A program made the translations under genes and the position numbers. 64,000 nucleotides of DNA from the human T2T-CHM13v2.0 reference genome, Homo sapiens: NCBI RefSeq assembly GCF_009914755.1, contig NC_060935.1, one strand, 5' to 3'. The notes beneath the pieces were generated by a model. The model saw only the letters and a program-made list of their open reading frames with translations, made no database searches and was not told the origin of the DNA. Shown here in pieces: positions 1-16,057 of this stretch (position 1 is its first letter; every line of letters begins with the position of its first letter).

Positions 1-2550
1 TTTGGGTTTAAGCACCTAGTGAAATAAAATCTTACTAACCTGCTACTAGGCAGGCAGCAAGGTGCAACACCAAAAAAGGAAATCAAAAGAACCAAGTTAA
101 AGACCCAGCTCTGACAGTAACTACCTTTGTGACATTGGAAAAATGTTCTTTTTACTTTAACTTTCTCATCAGTAAAATTAGAAAATTAGCAAAAGCAATG
201 TGTGTGCTCCCAGGTTTATCCAGAAGTGAAATGAGCAGTTTGTTCCTTACTACAAATGAATTATTTTTTGTCTTCCAAATTAATTATTTATTATTCTTGT
301 GCCTAGTTGTATTCAGTGTTACTCAAGCATACTTTATCACCCAGTACTTTTCTATCTTATTCCTGGAATAAAAAATAAATTCTGTCTGGGCCTGCCGAAT
401 GCTTTCCTAATTGGTATTAATGATTTGCTTTTAAATTAGTTGTGCATTTTTATAGAACTAACCTTTGGGGATTACAATTAATGCTACAATTGTTTTAAAC
501 CATTAGAGGAAACTGCCAATGAATCTTTTCTATTTTTTTTTTCTTCTTTGTGTTCTGGGCTGTGAAAATGGTCACTCTCAGATATTTAAACATATTTAGA
601 TTTGTGGAGGAGAAGAGAGCACATTGTTTGGATTATTTAAAGCAGGCACAATTTATAGAAACTTTCAGTAGCTAAACTTCATTGGTTTTCTTGATAGGAT
701 GTTCACGTGCGGTATTTGAGGAATTGTGCTTTTGTACTGTGATGCAAAATAGGCACCTGGTCTCTTTCTAGACTTTTCGAAGGTGCATTCTTTTGGCTTA
801 GGTCATGAATCTTAAAAAATCCTGTCCTGAAGCAAAGAGAGGAGAAATATAATTTCTATTGATTACTTTATGATCAAATTTCCTTTAACTATCTTTGGCT
901 ATGAACATGTCACTTCAAATAGCTAATGGTAGGACTCTAGGCATCTAGAGATGACAATAAATTGTATGTTTATCTGGCTACATTCTGAATTAAAAAAAAC
1001 TAAAACATATTTCACTATGGCAATATATTTCCGATGAATAACTTCAGGTAAAAACAATGTAATAAGTTTACACTGAAGGAGTATAATGTAGTCTAGTTAA
1101 TGCTCCTTAGATAAGCTGCTTAATATAGTCTTATTTTCTACTTAAAAATATAGTGTTCATAGAAGCAACACCAGAACTTGGAGTGAAAACAAGACTCAAG
1201 TTGCAGCTCTGGTATTGACAGCTCTGTGACCACAGATAAGTCACTTCATTTTCATTAGCATTAAGTAATTTTTTAAATGGCAATTATTTTATCTTTTCTT
1301 GTGTAAGGATGACTATGGTCATAATAACAGTCACAGCCACTACAAGTTAACCCTAGAATGTTGTCATTCCCATTTTATGGATGAAATAAAGCTTCAAATA
1401 GTTAAATATTAAAGATTAGTTATATAAGTATGTAAACTTAGGCCCGGTTGACTTCAGAATGTGAGTTTTGAACCTGTCTTATTTATCACATCAAATGGCA
1501 ATTCTTTTAGTTGCATTTATATCACCTGCCAAATTGCTGCCTTAGAGTTCTTTCTAATAGGCTGTTTTTTTGAAAACACACAGACACACACATATTTATC
1601 TTGGGACAGATTTTTAAATATCTGTATTGATAAATTTCTAATCAGTTTTGACTTCCAGAGTTTTTAATTAATTTACAAGAAACTCTATTAACTTATATGT
1701 TATTTTTTAATTCCCAAAATTTTAGATTTTCTTTTATTTCATCAGAAAAATCAATTAAGTATTCATTTTAGTTTATGTAAAGTTGGTATTTAGATTTATA
1801 TTTTTCTCAAAAAGACAAACCTTTTCTAGGATTCCTGACAAAATAATCCAAATTTCTCCTACTGATTTTTAATTAGTTTCTATGTAGCTATCTATCTGTA
1901 ATTAATCCGATAATAATGTGAATGAATATAGTTTCATACTGCATTTTCATTTTCTTTTAAAGCTAATTCTCTCTCATTATTATTCTTTCTCAAAGATGTC
2001 CTGGGTATTGTGTATATTTTTATCCTAATGAGCATTAGAACAATTTTTTGAATTATTTTCAAAAATTTTGGTAATTTTTAAATTATCAAATGGTAATTAA
2101 TGTCAATTCAATTTATATTATTAATTTAGGTTTGATAGAAATGACATATTTTTGGGCCTCATTCCAAGAAAAAATTGGTATTTGCTTACATTAAGAACTC
2201 TTCTATATCTGTGTAGATATTTTTTCTTCCTATAGATCTTATTATTGTTTTACTTATTTACAGCAGTTTTAGCAGTTTTTTGTAAATTTTATCTGAAGTT
2301 TTTCTCCTTGAACTGAAAATATTCCCCTCCCACAACTTTTTAATTGTCATAGCTGCCATTTTATTGATATATTAACATCTAAATTTTGTTCTTCTAAGTA
2401 ACACTGCCTTGACCATATTTGCTAATGAAAACTTGATTTTAAAATAGTTGTTATTCAAACAGCTATAACAAAATGCTAGGTGTTAAAGTCTGAAGGATTT
2501 CTCTCTCTTTCTTGGCCAAATAATCTTTCACCTAATTATTTTTCTCTCTG

Positions 2551-2554
<4 letters not shown>

Positions 2555-2581
<27 letters not shown>

Positions 2582-2582
2582 C
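2555..2582. repeat. (CA)n microsatellite
   Basis: About 14 CA units. Confidence 0.95.
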
Positions 2583-3607
2583 TTTCACAAATATTTCAGA
2601 TATTTGTTACTGCTTACAAGTAGACTCTGATGTTCCCTCATGAATGTCTTATTCAAAGTGGGATAACTTTAACAGACACACAAGAGAGATGGCATTTTTA
2701 TGCAAGAGAATCTATGAAGAGTCCCATTCCTTGAACATTACACGAACCTAGTTGGAACGTGTACTAAATCTTCCAAAACAGTATGGCCTTACTAATGACT
2801 ATAAAACATAAAGGTAGCCCATGTAATCAATAGGCTAAATGAGTACGGGATAAATATTTTAATTTAGTTTTCAAAGTAATATTCAAGGACATTTACTTCC
2901 TTTTTCTTTTTCTTTTTGCTTGCTCTCAGTAGGAAAAAAAACCACTCAATTTGCCATGCATAGAGCTTATTAATAGACTGACAATAAATGTAGTGAGGGA
3001 ATGGGCTTTTTGGCAAAATACATTCCAGAACAGCTGCATTTGTAACTGAGAGATGTCTCTCATGGTGTTTGATTTATTACATGCTGTACAATTTAGTTCT
3101 ATACAAGTATTGAACCCACTTACACAGTGCTAGGAAATACTTATATTATTATATATTTGGAATTGTGCTATGATCTCAAATTTTGCTTGCTTACTGAAGT
3201 AGATTTTCTACTGAAACATTTAGTTTCTTTGAGAGTAGTTACAAATTGACCAGTATTGTAAAATTAGTCTCCCTGAGTACAATATGGTACTAAACATCAA
3301 AAGATACTTAAAATTGTAATTTTTGTGTATTTAGTTTATTTGCTATTATTTTGGGAAAGCCACAATAAATTAACTTTCACCTTTGGACAAGATAATTTAT
3401 ATTTATTACAAAATTACTGTATACATTAACATATGCTACTATATTTAATTCATTGTATTTAATTGTATAAATTCAACAACTCAGAAAACATTTTTGAGAT
3501 AAGTCTCCTTAAGATGAAGCGCATTCTCCAAGATTCCATTGAAAACCCCACTAGATACCATTAAAAATAAAAAACTACTGTCTTTGCTTTCTGTGTTCAT
3601 TGAAATA

Positions 3608-4318
3608 TGGTCATGCATCTTTAGCTACAAGGATATATTCTGAGAAATGCATTGTCATGGGATTTCGTCCTTGTGCAAAAATCATAGACTGTACTTACAC
3701 ACACCTAGAAGGTATAGTCAACTACACACCTAAGCTATATGGTATATCCTATGCCTCCTAGGCTACAAACCTGTACAGCACATTGCTTTATTGAATACTT
3801 TACGTCAGGGGTCCCCAGTCCCTGGACCACAGACCAGTACCAATCCGTGGCCTGTTAGGAACCAGGCTGCAAAGCAGGAGGTGAGCAGTGGGCGAGTGAG
3901 AATTATTGTCTGAGCTCTGTCTCCCGTCAAATCAGCCGTGGCATTAGATACTCATAAGAGCCTGAACCCTATTGTGAATGGCACATGCAAGGGATCTAAG
4001 TTGTGTGCTCCCTATAAGAATCTCACACCTGCTGATCTAAGGTGGTACAGTTTAATACCAAAACCATCCTCCCAACATAACACCACCCCCACCCTTCCTC
4101 CATCCATGGAAAAATTGTCTTCCATGAAACCAATCCCTGGTGCCAAAAAGGTTGGGGACCACTGCTTTAGGCAATTGTAACATGATGATAAGTATTTGTG
4201 AATATAAGCATAGAAAAGGTAGAGTAGAAATACAGTATTATAATATTATGGAAGCACTGTCATATATCTGGTTATATCTGGTCTCTTGTTGACAAAAATG
4301 TCATGTGGTACACGACTA
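3608..4318 (+). mobile_element. Tigger3a/MER7A (TcMar-Tigger) DNA transposon interrupted by MER1B
   Basis: Matches recalled consensus blocks ttctgagaaatgc, gtacttacac.aacctaga.ggtatag, ctaggctacaaacctgtacagca and taggcaattgtaac. Degenerate TIRs with TA flanks at 3606-07 and 4319-20. Confidence 0.85.
3806..4164 (+). mobile_element. MER1B (hAT-Charlie MITE)
   Basis: Termini caggggtcccca ... ttggggaccactg and internal gtggcctgttaggaacc. 8-bp TSD ctttacgt/ctttaggc. Confidence 0.88.
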
Positions 4319-4597
4319 TATATCCTATATATCCTATTTTTGATTTCATGAAGTCCAATGTGGCTTCAGAAACCAGTCCATGTCCCTTCTCTACACCAGC
4401 TTTAGTCCTTACATCTGGTTCTAGAAGGGCCCTAGATGGTCCTTGCAGGGTGCAGGGGTGGTCATGGGTGTTAAGAGATTTATACTTTGATTTGTTTCTT
4501 CAGCTAAACTTTCTCTCTTCTGTATTTGTAATTTAGAAGACACCTCCGTTTTCTTTTCTTCCTGAAATTGAGAAACCCTGTCTTGAATGTTTTAGCT

Positions 4598-4780
4598 CAG
4601 GGTTTCCAAATTCAGCAATATTGACATTGGGCCAGATAATTATTTGTTGGGGGAGCCTGTCCAGTGCATTGTTGGATGTTTAACAGATATGACATGTACA
4701 CATGGTCAGCTGCATCAAAAATGATTTAGACATTACCAAATGTCCCCTGTAGGGCAAAATTGCCCACAGTTGAGGGCAAG
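4598..4780 (-). mobile_element. MER20 (hAT-Charlie)
   Basis: cagggtttc...tattgacattgggccagataatt...agacattaccaaatgtcccctgtagggcaaaattgccc matches the reverse complement of MER20. Confidence 0.8.
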
Positions 4781-6558
4781 GCATTAGCTCTTTCTTTTTA
4801 AAGCAAAGGTTCTTGAAATCTAGGATTATTTTATTGTTCTCACTTTCTTAACACATATTCACTTCCTAAACCATCTAAATTTGTTTTCTATGACTATGTT
4901 AGTACTGACATTTCTCATCAACATTGCCATTGAACTTCAAATTGATAAATCCCTTGAGTGCCTCTGTGTTTTGAATTCTGAAGTATTTAACATTGCTAAT
5001 CATCTTTCAATTAATGAAACTATTTTTTATACAGCCACAGTTTATAAGATAATTTAGGGATGAGAACTGCCATTTATCATTAACTTACTATGTATTGGTT
5101 ACTGTCCTGGACATTGTTTTCTACATATTTTTAATCTTTATAATAACTGTAGAGTGGGAATTAGTAGACTCATTTTACCATGGGCCTCTTGAAATCTACT
5201 TGACCTTTTCTCAGTTCAAATGCCTGTCATGTGTCCAGGCTCTCTGGTTCCACTTTTATTTCCCTTTGCCACTTTCAGGAGACAGCCTGTGACCTTCTGC
5301 TAGCCCCGACATCTCTTTCATCCTTTGGGTACTTTTATGTTCTGGTTACAGGATGAAATACGGTAACTTGATTTTCTCCTTCTATGAAGCTTTTCCAGAC
5401 AAGTGTCCCACCTTTTCATTTTGTCACTTTACTGGGAATCACCAGGAGAATAACAACAACCAATGACACAAAAATAAGGTGAAGGAAAAAGCTCTAAAGT
5501 AAATGGGAAGTCATGGTGATTGCTATGATCTTTGTTTTCCCACTAATTTAAGATATGGACGGTGACATTTCTTCCCCTCTATTATCTTATTTAGTTCATA
5601 TTTAAAGAAGGTCACATGCTTATATGCAACCTTTGTCCCAAACTTTATTCCCCTGTATTCCTAAACAACAAAATGCTACTGCCCATGGACACAGAGAAGA
5701 AAAAAAAAGTCTGTGAGATTTCCTATCTGCATCTTTGTTTCTCCTTCTTCCCCTTTTCTCCCTCTCCTGCCTGCTCCCTGCGCATTTAACAATTCCATAT
5801 GTAATATGAAATGGCATTTCCTCTTATGCCTTTTCCCCACAGATGGGGTTGGATAAGAGGAATTTCAGAAATTTTAGATAGTCTTCCCTTTTTCCCAATG
5901 TGCAAGGAAACTATAATATTGCAATTTTAACTTAAAAATCTGAACTCAGTTTTTACCTAGAAATGTTGTTTGTGTAGCACATATATCGTGGCCTGACTGT
6001 ACTTTTAAACTAGTTTCTAGGCAGTTAGCCAATCTTTTGAAATCTGCCTCCTTAAAGTTAGAAATTGTGATACAGTCCTATCTTTACAGTAGATGTGACG
6101 TTGAAGTTTAGAAAATTAGAGTGTGGTTCAGGTATGAGATAAATCAATGAACCCCTTGAAGTGGAATTGGGTTGTTTGAACACTAATTTTAAGCCATGGA
6201 CCAACATCTAGGGGAAAATTAGATCCCATTTTCCTAACAGACATACAGAATCAAACACATTTGGCATTTCTGAACTTTGCAGTAGGATGCTTTAAAAATC
6301 TGTTTGCTATTAAGGGAACAGAAAAATCTCAATTTCCTTGAGAATTTTTATAGAAATTTTAGAGAACATAGATGATGTTGGGTTATTGGTACAAATTAGA
6401 TGGTCAAATTTTTGCTTATTTGTTAAATTTTAGAGTTTTCACATTATGCAGTGTTTGTAAGTGCAGAACTGCTCAGCAGAAAATTAGCTTGCCATAGAGT
6501 ACTTTCAAAATAGAACTGTCATGGTTAAAAATGGAATATTATTTCTTTACTCAACCTC

Positions 6559-6626
6559 TATATTTGAATAAAATTTGCTGTACATTTGAATAAAGTAAGC
6601 TCTACATTTGAATAAAAATTGCTGTA
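6559..6626. repeat. Short minisatellite, 3 x 22 bp (ta(c/t)atttgaataaa........)
   Basis: Units at 6559-6580, 6581-6602 and 6603-6624. Confidence 0.85.
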
Positions 6627-6773
6627 TTAATACTCTAGTGAACATCAGTGGTAACAATAAGAAAAAACAATTTCACTATTTGAATGATACATTCAAGAAA
6701 AACCTGATTGGTCCTTATTATTACTATTAATATGTCTGCCCTACAAATCTCCTAATTAGTTTTCATATTTCTT

Positions 6774-7113
6774 TTTTTTATATTTATTTATTTATTTATT
6801 TATTTGTTTATTTATTTATTTATTTATTTTTGAGACAGAGTCTCGCTCTGTTGCCCAGGCTGGAGTACAGTGGTGCGATCTCGGCTCACTGCAACCTCCC
6901 CCTCCCGGGTTGAAGTGATTCTCATGCCTCAGCTTCCTGAGCATCTGGGATTACAGGTGTGTGCCACAACACCTGGCTAATTTTTGTATTTTTAGTAGAG
7001 ACGGAGTTTCACCATGTTGGTCAGGCTAGTCTCGAACTCCTAACCTCAAGTGATCTGCCCACCTCAGCCTCCCAAAGTGCTATGATTACAGGAGTGAGCC
7101 ACCATGCCTAGCC
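6774..7113 (-). mobile_element. AluS with (TTTA)n tail
   Basis: Full dimeric Alu. TSD tca(t/c)atttctt. Confidence 0.95.
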
Positions 7114-7566
7114 TCACATTTCTTAAAGCACAGAAAAATCAACACAATGCTAATGGCAGATTTTACTCTTCCTTATCTTATGTGGCATAATTGAAAGAGA
7201 AGATTAGAAATCCATGAAATAATATTAGATCATGAAAGAGCTTTAAAAGACAGGTAATTTTTATAGGCTGAAATTCTTTCTATAAAGCCCAAATGACTCC
7301 ATTGATGTAGCTTCGGAAAAATCAAATAAATAATATATACACGGTTAATTGAAGATACTCTCCTTCAGCAGGTATTTTTACAAATTTCTTCTCCAAATCT
7401 CAAAGCATTAGTTAGAATATAATCCAAATGCCTCCAATAAAAGCTGTTTAACACTATCATTAAAGTGTAGCAATCCAGAGATTGTAACATAAATTAAAAT
7501 GAGAAAAGTGAGAAAAAAGTGAATAAAACTGTCTGTTACAAATAGGATCAGATAATTTTTACTTAA

Positions 7567-7961
<395 letters not shown>

Positions 7962-8099
7962 AAGCCTCTCATAGCTTTTACAGAACTTGTAATTCCACAA
8001 AAAATTCTAAATAATAACATTAAAAAATTTCATGGTGAATATAAGCAAGGGACTAATAAAATGTGTAGCTTTACCTTTTCTGCCTCCTAATGTATATAT

Positions 8100-9290
<1,191 letters not shown>

Positions 9291-11961
9291 AATGCATATC
9301 TAATTTACACCATTAGGTGATGATAAATCAACCCTGGGAATTTCAATCCAAACCTTTCTGCTATGCAAGGATGGGCCACAAACCCCAGCAGAATTTCCAC
9401 ATCCTTGTATAGCATTTCCTTAGTCTCTCCCTTTTGCTGTATTCCCAGTGTGCTTGTTATAGGTGTCCTAAATCAAATATTTAATTTGACACTCTGAATT
9501 AAACACCTGTGAAAAGAAGGAAAAAATATTAAAAGAAAAAAAAAACTGAGATTGTGTCTTGTGTTTTATGTTCCCAACTACTTCTAAGCTACTCAATAGC
9601 AGCCTTCAATTTTAGACATAATTTACTTTTAAGAAAAATATCCCAGGTATCTGACATTAAAGCAGGTCCTTAGGTAGATTCTCACTTTAATACATGCCTA
9701 TTAACTTTGGAATGTATCAGAAGAGAACAAGGTTGTCTCAAAGGCATGACTTTCAGTCCCTCTGGAAAGCACAGCACGTCGCCCAATGTTAATTTAAGCT
9801 TGACAAATGAGAGGTGAATTTATTTGTAAGAGAGTTCATATAATCATTGAGAAGCATTTATTCTTCCTTGAAAGGTTATTTTCTGCAAAATAAGATATAG
9901 TGCTGCGTCCAGGCATCCAAGCCTGCACCGCAAGAGAACAATCCTTGGCATTTAGACTAAGTGTTATGTCCTCTAGCTAGGAAATGAGTTGTGAAAGGTA
10001 TTTTTCATTTCTAACTTCTGATTATAATAACATTGTCAGTAAGCTTATATGGAGACGGCCACTGCTAAGCAGGTTTATTTTCACTGGGTCATAAAGTAAA
10101 ATATGTGTAGAAAGAATTCAGGTAGTTCCTTAAAGAAACCTTATGTCATAGGAATACAGTGAGCCTCATCAGTGTCAAATAGATAAGAGCTCATATCTCA
10201 ACTCTGATCTTTATTGCTTTATTTACTCAAATATTAGAGCATACCTTTCTCATAATGTGTTAAAATTTTTCATGACATGTTAGGTATTCAACACATGGTT
10301 ACTTCAAGTGATAAAAACAATAATAATGTAGAGAAGTTACATTTCACAAAACACCATAGAACTGAGATATGAAAATGTAAAAATTTCAGTATATTTTCTT
10401 AATTATTTTTATTTTATTTATTGTTTATTTAAAGAATATTAACTAGACCTTACTGTATGACAGACACTAAGCTAGGTACAAATTGTTGAATAAAACCACA
10501 GCAGTGTTTTCCTTTTTGGAGTTACACTTTACTTTCTATTGCTTCCATTTTAAGATTTTTTAAATTAACTATTTTAAAAATCCTTTATTTTTAAAAGATA
10601 TGGTAAGATTAATATTTAACTTTTCCAATATTATCATTCTCATTCCTTTTCAAGTGACACAATAGTTAGAATTTGTCCCCTACCTTTAAGAAAATCATGG
10701 GACTTGTAAGAAAAGTGCGAAATATAGGTTTCTCTCCAATGTCTTCCTGTTGGGACCTGTAATTACTCACCATAATCCTTACCTACTAAGACTTCAATCC
10801 TTAGTTCAGTTGTATCTGCCACCAGAATATAAATTCCTAGCTATAGGAATTGTGTCTGCCTTATTTGCTGTTACATACTCATAATATACACTCACTGGAT
10901 AACTATTGAATGAATGGATTGCTGCTCACTGTGCTGAGCGATGAAGTGCTATTCCTTGGATACCCTGCCTTCTCCCAGAAGATGCTGACAGGAGAAAAGG
11001 GAAATTAACATCCCCATTCTTTGTAGACATTGGCATTTACAAACAGTAGGTGATCAATTCATACCGCTTTACTGGTAGTGGAGGAGCAAGGAGAAAAGGA
11101 CAAAAGCTAAGGGAAAGAAAAAATAAAAACTATAAAAGAAAATAAAAGGAGAATAGTGGCCAGTGTAAATTCTCCCCTTCAGGCATGCAAAAAGAAAGGC
11201 ACAGAGTTGCTAATGTCCTTCTGGCAGAAAAGGAGCAAGGCTCATTACTTTCACACTTTGTAAAGTTGCTCCCAGCTTCCCTGTGCTGCTTCTGTAGCAG
11301 CACTAGACTTGCTTAGATGGCAAACATGTCAGAAGGGTTTTACATTTTTATAAAAGATTGCCCTAGGTCCTCTCCACAAAGCACGATTAACAGTACCCTG
11401 AATGTGCTTCCTCAGTGGGAAGGCTTTGTCTAATCCAACCCAGACTTCTCAGTGTCCCAGTGTTCCTTTAACCACTTCATTTCCTACAAGTGGAAAGAAA
11501 TGATCAATGCACTGAAGGTAGGTGTCTCAATGTCATACAGGGAATGAGAGAAAGATCTTCAGTTCCTCTATTTTCTGTCTGCAGAATTGATGAGTTAGAT
11601 TTCTTCATTGTGATTGGAGATAATTAGCAGGAAAAATTTTGGTGTGGGGCCAGTAATAACAGTCCTTTATGTTCAACACAATTATAATGACTGGCCAGAA
11701 AATTCATACACCTGATCCGAAATACTACTAACAAATTCCTTACGAAATATATTATTATATTCATTTTATACATATAGGAATCAAGGCTCAGAATCTAAAT
11801 GCAATTAACTTGCTCAAGGTCAACGGATAATCTACCTGACTTCAAAGTCCATACGTTTTCCACTTGTAAAAATGCTTCTCAAACTTTGGACTGCTGTAAC
11901 AACAACTGTCATGAAAAATAAAGGAGCTGAACTTGAACACTCTTTATGAGTCTTTAATTTC

Positions 11962-12274
<313 letters not shown>

Positions 12275-13206
12275 TAATTTCCTTATTTCTCTAAGACCAT
12301 GTTTCTAACGTTCTGTGATCTTGGGAGCCTTCTCAGACATTCATTCATAGAGACATTCTAAGAAAGACTTAGGAGGTTAATAATTACTCAAGTTATAAGT
12401 GTAAGAGGAGATCTTTCTTTTGAGCTTTTCAAATCTAAGGAATTCTCACCCTTATGGCTCCTATAGTTTCTATTTATAATGTCCTTACCTTTCTTTCCTC
12501 ATGCATAGGAGACAGTGGTAGGAACGAAATAGATATTAGATTTTCAGTATCACATATTGGTAAATTATCTAACATATCTGTTCTAATTGTAGTCTTAAAT
12601 GTATTTTGGATTTATCGATGTCTTTCCTTCATCATAAAGAAATGAGCTATCTAGTTTACACTAAGGATAATTAGCTTCATTTTTAACACATCTTGAATTA
12701 ATAGACTGGATATTTTCAATGCTTACATTAATATGAAATGTTATAAACTTCACTTTTCTCTCTTCAAAATTCAATTTATTTTGTACTATACACTATTTAC
12801 ATTAGTTCAGCAAGCATCACAAATCTAATTTAATTGGATTTTATGGCATTTTTCCAGGAATAAATTGCATTTTTGAAATAAAAAAAATCACCCCATGCTA
12901 ACAGGTACTTTGGTTAAAATGCAAAACATCTACATGCATGCAGAAACATTTGTGGGTTTTCTTTAGCCAGAAAGAAGAGTTCTTATACTATCACAAATTA
13001 TTTCCATTGATTTTCCTTATCTACATAACATTTTAAAAAGTTTATCTCAGAATAAGCAAAGGTGTCTATCTCAGCACATCTGAAAAACAGTCTTGAGTTA
13101 ATGACGATTGAAAATAGTTCTAAGATATTCCACCTTCATCAACTTTTACTGTAAATGTGGTAAAGACTGTGCAACTAATACATTATATGTTAAAAGAGTA
13201 GAGCAA

Positions 13207-13570
<364 letters not shown>

Positions 13571-13660
13571 ATATATATATATGTGTGTGTGTGTATATAT
13601 ATGTGTATGTGTATATATATATATACACATATATATACACACACACACATACACATATAT
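13571..13660. repeat. Compound (TA)/(TG)/(CA) microsatellite with inverted symmetry
   Basis: 13581-13608 is the exact reverse complement of 13623-13650. Confidence 0.93.
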
Positions 13661-13718
13661 TTTAAATCCATATTAAGGAAGGTGTTGATGACTAAGAACT
13701 AAGAATAATAATGTTAGT

Positions 13719-13996
13719 GGCCAGGTGCAGTGACTCATGCCTGTAATCCCAGCACGTTGGGAGGCCAAGGCAGGTGGATCACGAGATCAAGAGATCGAGA
13801 CCATCCTGGCCAACATGGTGAAACCCCATCTCTACTAAAAAGACAAAAATTAGCTGGGCGTGATGGCGCGTGCCTCTAGTCCCTGCTACTCGGGAGGCTG
13901 CGGCAGGAGAATCACTTGAACTCAGGAGGCAGAGGTTGCAGTGAGCCGAGATCAGCTTGGGCGACAGAGTGAGGCTGTCTCAAAGAAAAAAAAGAG
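13719..13996 (+). mobile_element. AluSc-like with a right-arm internal deletion
   Basis: ggatcacgagatcaagagatcgagaccatcctggccaac. The junction gagatc|agcttggg lacks about 15 nt. TSD aatgttagt. Confidence 0.88.
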
Positions 13997-15483
13997 AATG
14001 TTAGTGATTGTGGGAAAGCCAAATATGTGCTCTCATTGAACATCATATCAGCTCTTAACTACTCAGGAGATGGCAGATTAAAGATCTTTCCAAGCTTTTC
14101 AGTTTTCCTTTTTTGGTTTTGTAACCAATATTTACAGAATTGTCTTCACTTATTGGAAGACAGGCCGGCAGGCTAGACAAAGAGAAGTGTTGAACCTTAT
14201 GCTGCTTCATTTCACTACATTTTTTAGTCATTTCTAAACTTCTTGAGCAAAGACTAAATTAAAGACTGTGAGTACTTAAAGGATTATTTTGGAGTTGAAT
14301 TAATGACACGATTCTTGTCACATATCAGTAGGTAGTACAGAAGATCAGCTTGACTGATTTAGGGGGCTTCTTTATTTAGGAGTGTTGATTTCCTGAAACT
14401 CCTCTGATAATCTGACAATTTACTGAAAACATGTTCATCTAATTTCACTTTATATTTCAACATTCATTTCTACTCACTTTTAGTGGTAATAATTTTAAGA
14501 TGTCATTAATATAGATTCTTAAATTTGCATAATTTATTTTTCTTCTCTTTTTACATCAGTCTTCAAAATTAGATGATAGCTTCCATACCATACTTTACAT
14601 AGCATATTTAATCATGATACTCATTAATCCATCAATTCATTCATTAGAGACATTTGCCTTTAACTAAGGAGATTTGGTTTATTTGACCTCATGGACATAA
14701 TTTATATTTCTCTTCAATGGCACCTACACATCACCTACTCAGCAGGAGTGCCTCTTGCACTTACCACTGCCCCTAAGCTGACTCATCTCACTTCCTTTAA
14801 TAGGTCTATTATGATAAATCTCAGTTCATGCTGTTTGTCTGAAGGTTCAACTGGCATTGCAAACACAGAAAACCAAAACAGAACCCACCATCCCTTTATT
14901 GTTACCTCCAATAAGTATGTAAGATCCCATACTGACCTCTTGATCTCGGGGGACAGACTCACATAGCAATCATTTATTTTGCCTGATATATGTTCTATAT
15001 CAAAATATTAGTCAAACCTTGTGAAATATACCTGTATAATACCTCTCCTTTGTTCTCCTCCCCTCAATTTCTACTGCTTCAATCTCAGGTCCAATCTTCA
15101 AAACTTCTCTTTATAATGTTTTCAATAGCCTTCTAATAGGCCTCCCAATCAGACCCCTTTTCCTTGTATTAAATTCATCACCTGATCATCAGTCTGAGCT
15201 TTATGAATATTTAATTTGTTTGCATCACTCTACTGCTCAAAACTATCTTTTGATCCTAATTGCCCATAGGAAAAAAAATAAACTTTTTAACCTAGGCCTC
15301 TAGATGATCATTTTTCAATCCTATTTCATCTGAACTTCCCTTTACTTCCTTTAGCCTTCACAACAACTAATTTACATATTTCCCTGGTTTCTCCCAAGCT
15401 CTTTCATGGATGTGCATTTGCTTGTAGTGTTCCTTCTGTCCTACAGATTTCTGCCTCTGGTTTCTTAGGACTAATCCAATTTT

Positions 15484-15870
15484 TGTGGCTGTGGCAGATA
15501 ATGTTTCTTCTGTGCCCTGAGCACTCATGATTCAAATGCACGCTGATGGTGTGCTGTAAGCTTCAGGGAGCTGAAGCCATAGGAACCAAAGGAACGGTGC
15601 TCAATCAATAACAGATAGAAATTGGAGGGAAAAGTATCCTGGTTTTCTTGCCCTTATGGGAGGACAACTCTGAAGTGCCTGCTTTGCCAGCCAGTGGAGG
15701 TCTCCAGCTGTCTTGCTCTCCATTTGCTCACAATGTCAATCTTCTCCTTAAGTCAACTTAATTGGTTTCCTTTTTCTTCCTGTCTCACTTCCCAGCTCCC
15801 CAACTAGGAATTTATGGGATCACCACTCAAATGATTCATATCAGATCCTGTATCAGGGCTAACATAAAGC
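15484..15870 (+). mobile_element. Old ERVL LTR, LTR16-like
   Basis: The 3' part ctgtctcacttccc...tgggatcaccactcaaat resembles LTR16 family ends. Heavily diverged. Confidence 0.5.
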
Positions 15871-15944
15871 AATAGTTATTCTTAAAAGTTACCTCCATGC
15901 AGCCTTCCTGGATTTCGGTAGCTGGGAGTGTTTTCCCTCATTTT

Positions 15945-15996
15945 GGATGCTTATGTGTTTCTCTTAAAGTGGATGCTTATGTGCTTCTCTTAAAGT
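15945..15996. repeat. 26-bp tandem duplication
   Basis: ggatgcttatgtg(t/c)ttctcttaaagt twice, one mismatch. Confidence 0.95.
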
Positions 15997-16017
15997 GTCA
16001 CCACTTACTGTATTTTG

Positions 16018-16020
<3 letters not shown>

Positions 16021-16052
<32 letters not shown>
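16021..16052. repeat. (TG)n microsatellite
   Basis: About 16 TG units. Confidence 0.95.

Positions 16053-16057
<5 letters not shown>

Noticed and set aside
6559-6626. CRISPR-like repeat-spacer pattern
   Set aside because: It is a eukaryotic tandem repeat with only about 8 variable nt per unit, no true spacers and no cas genes.
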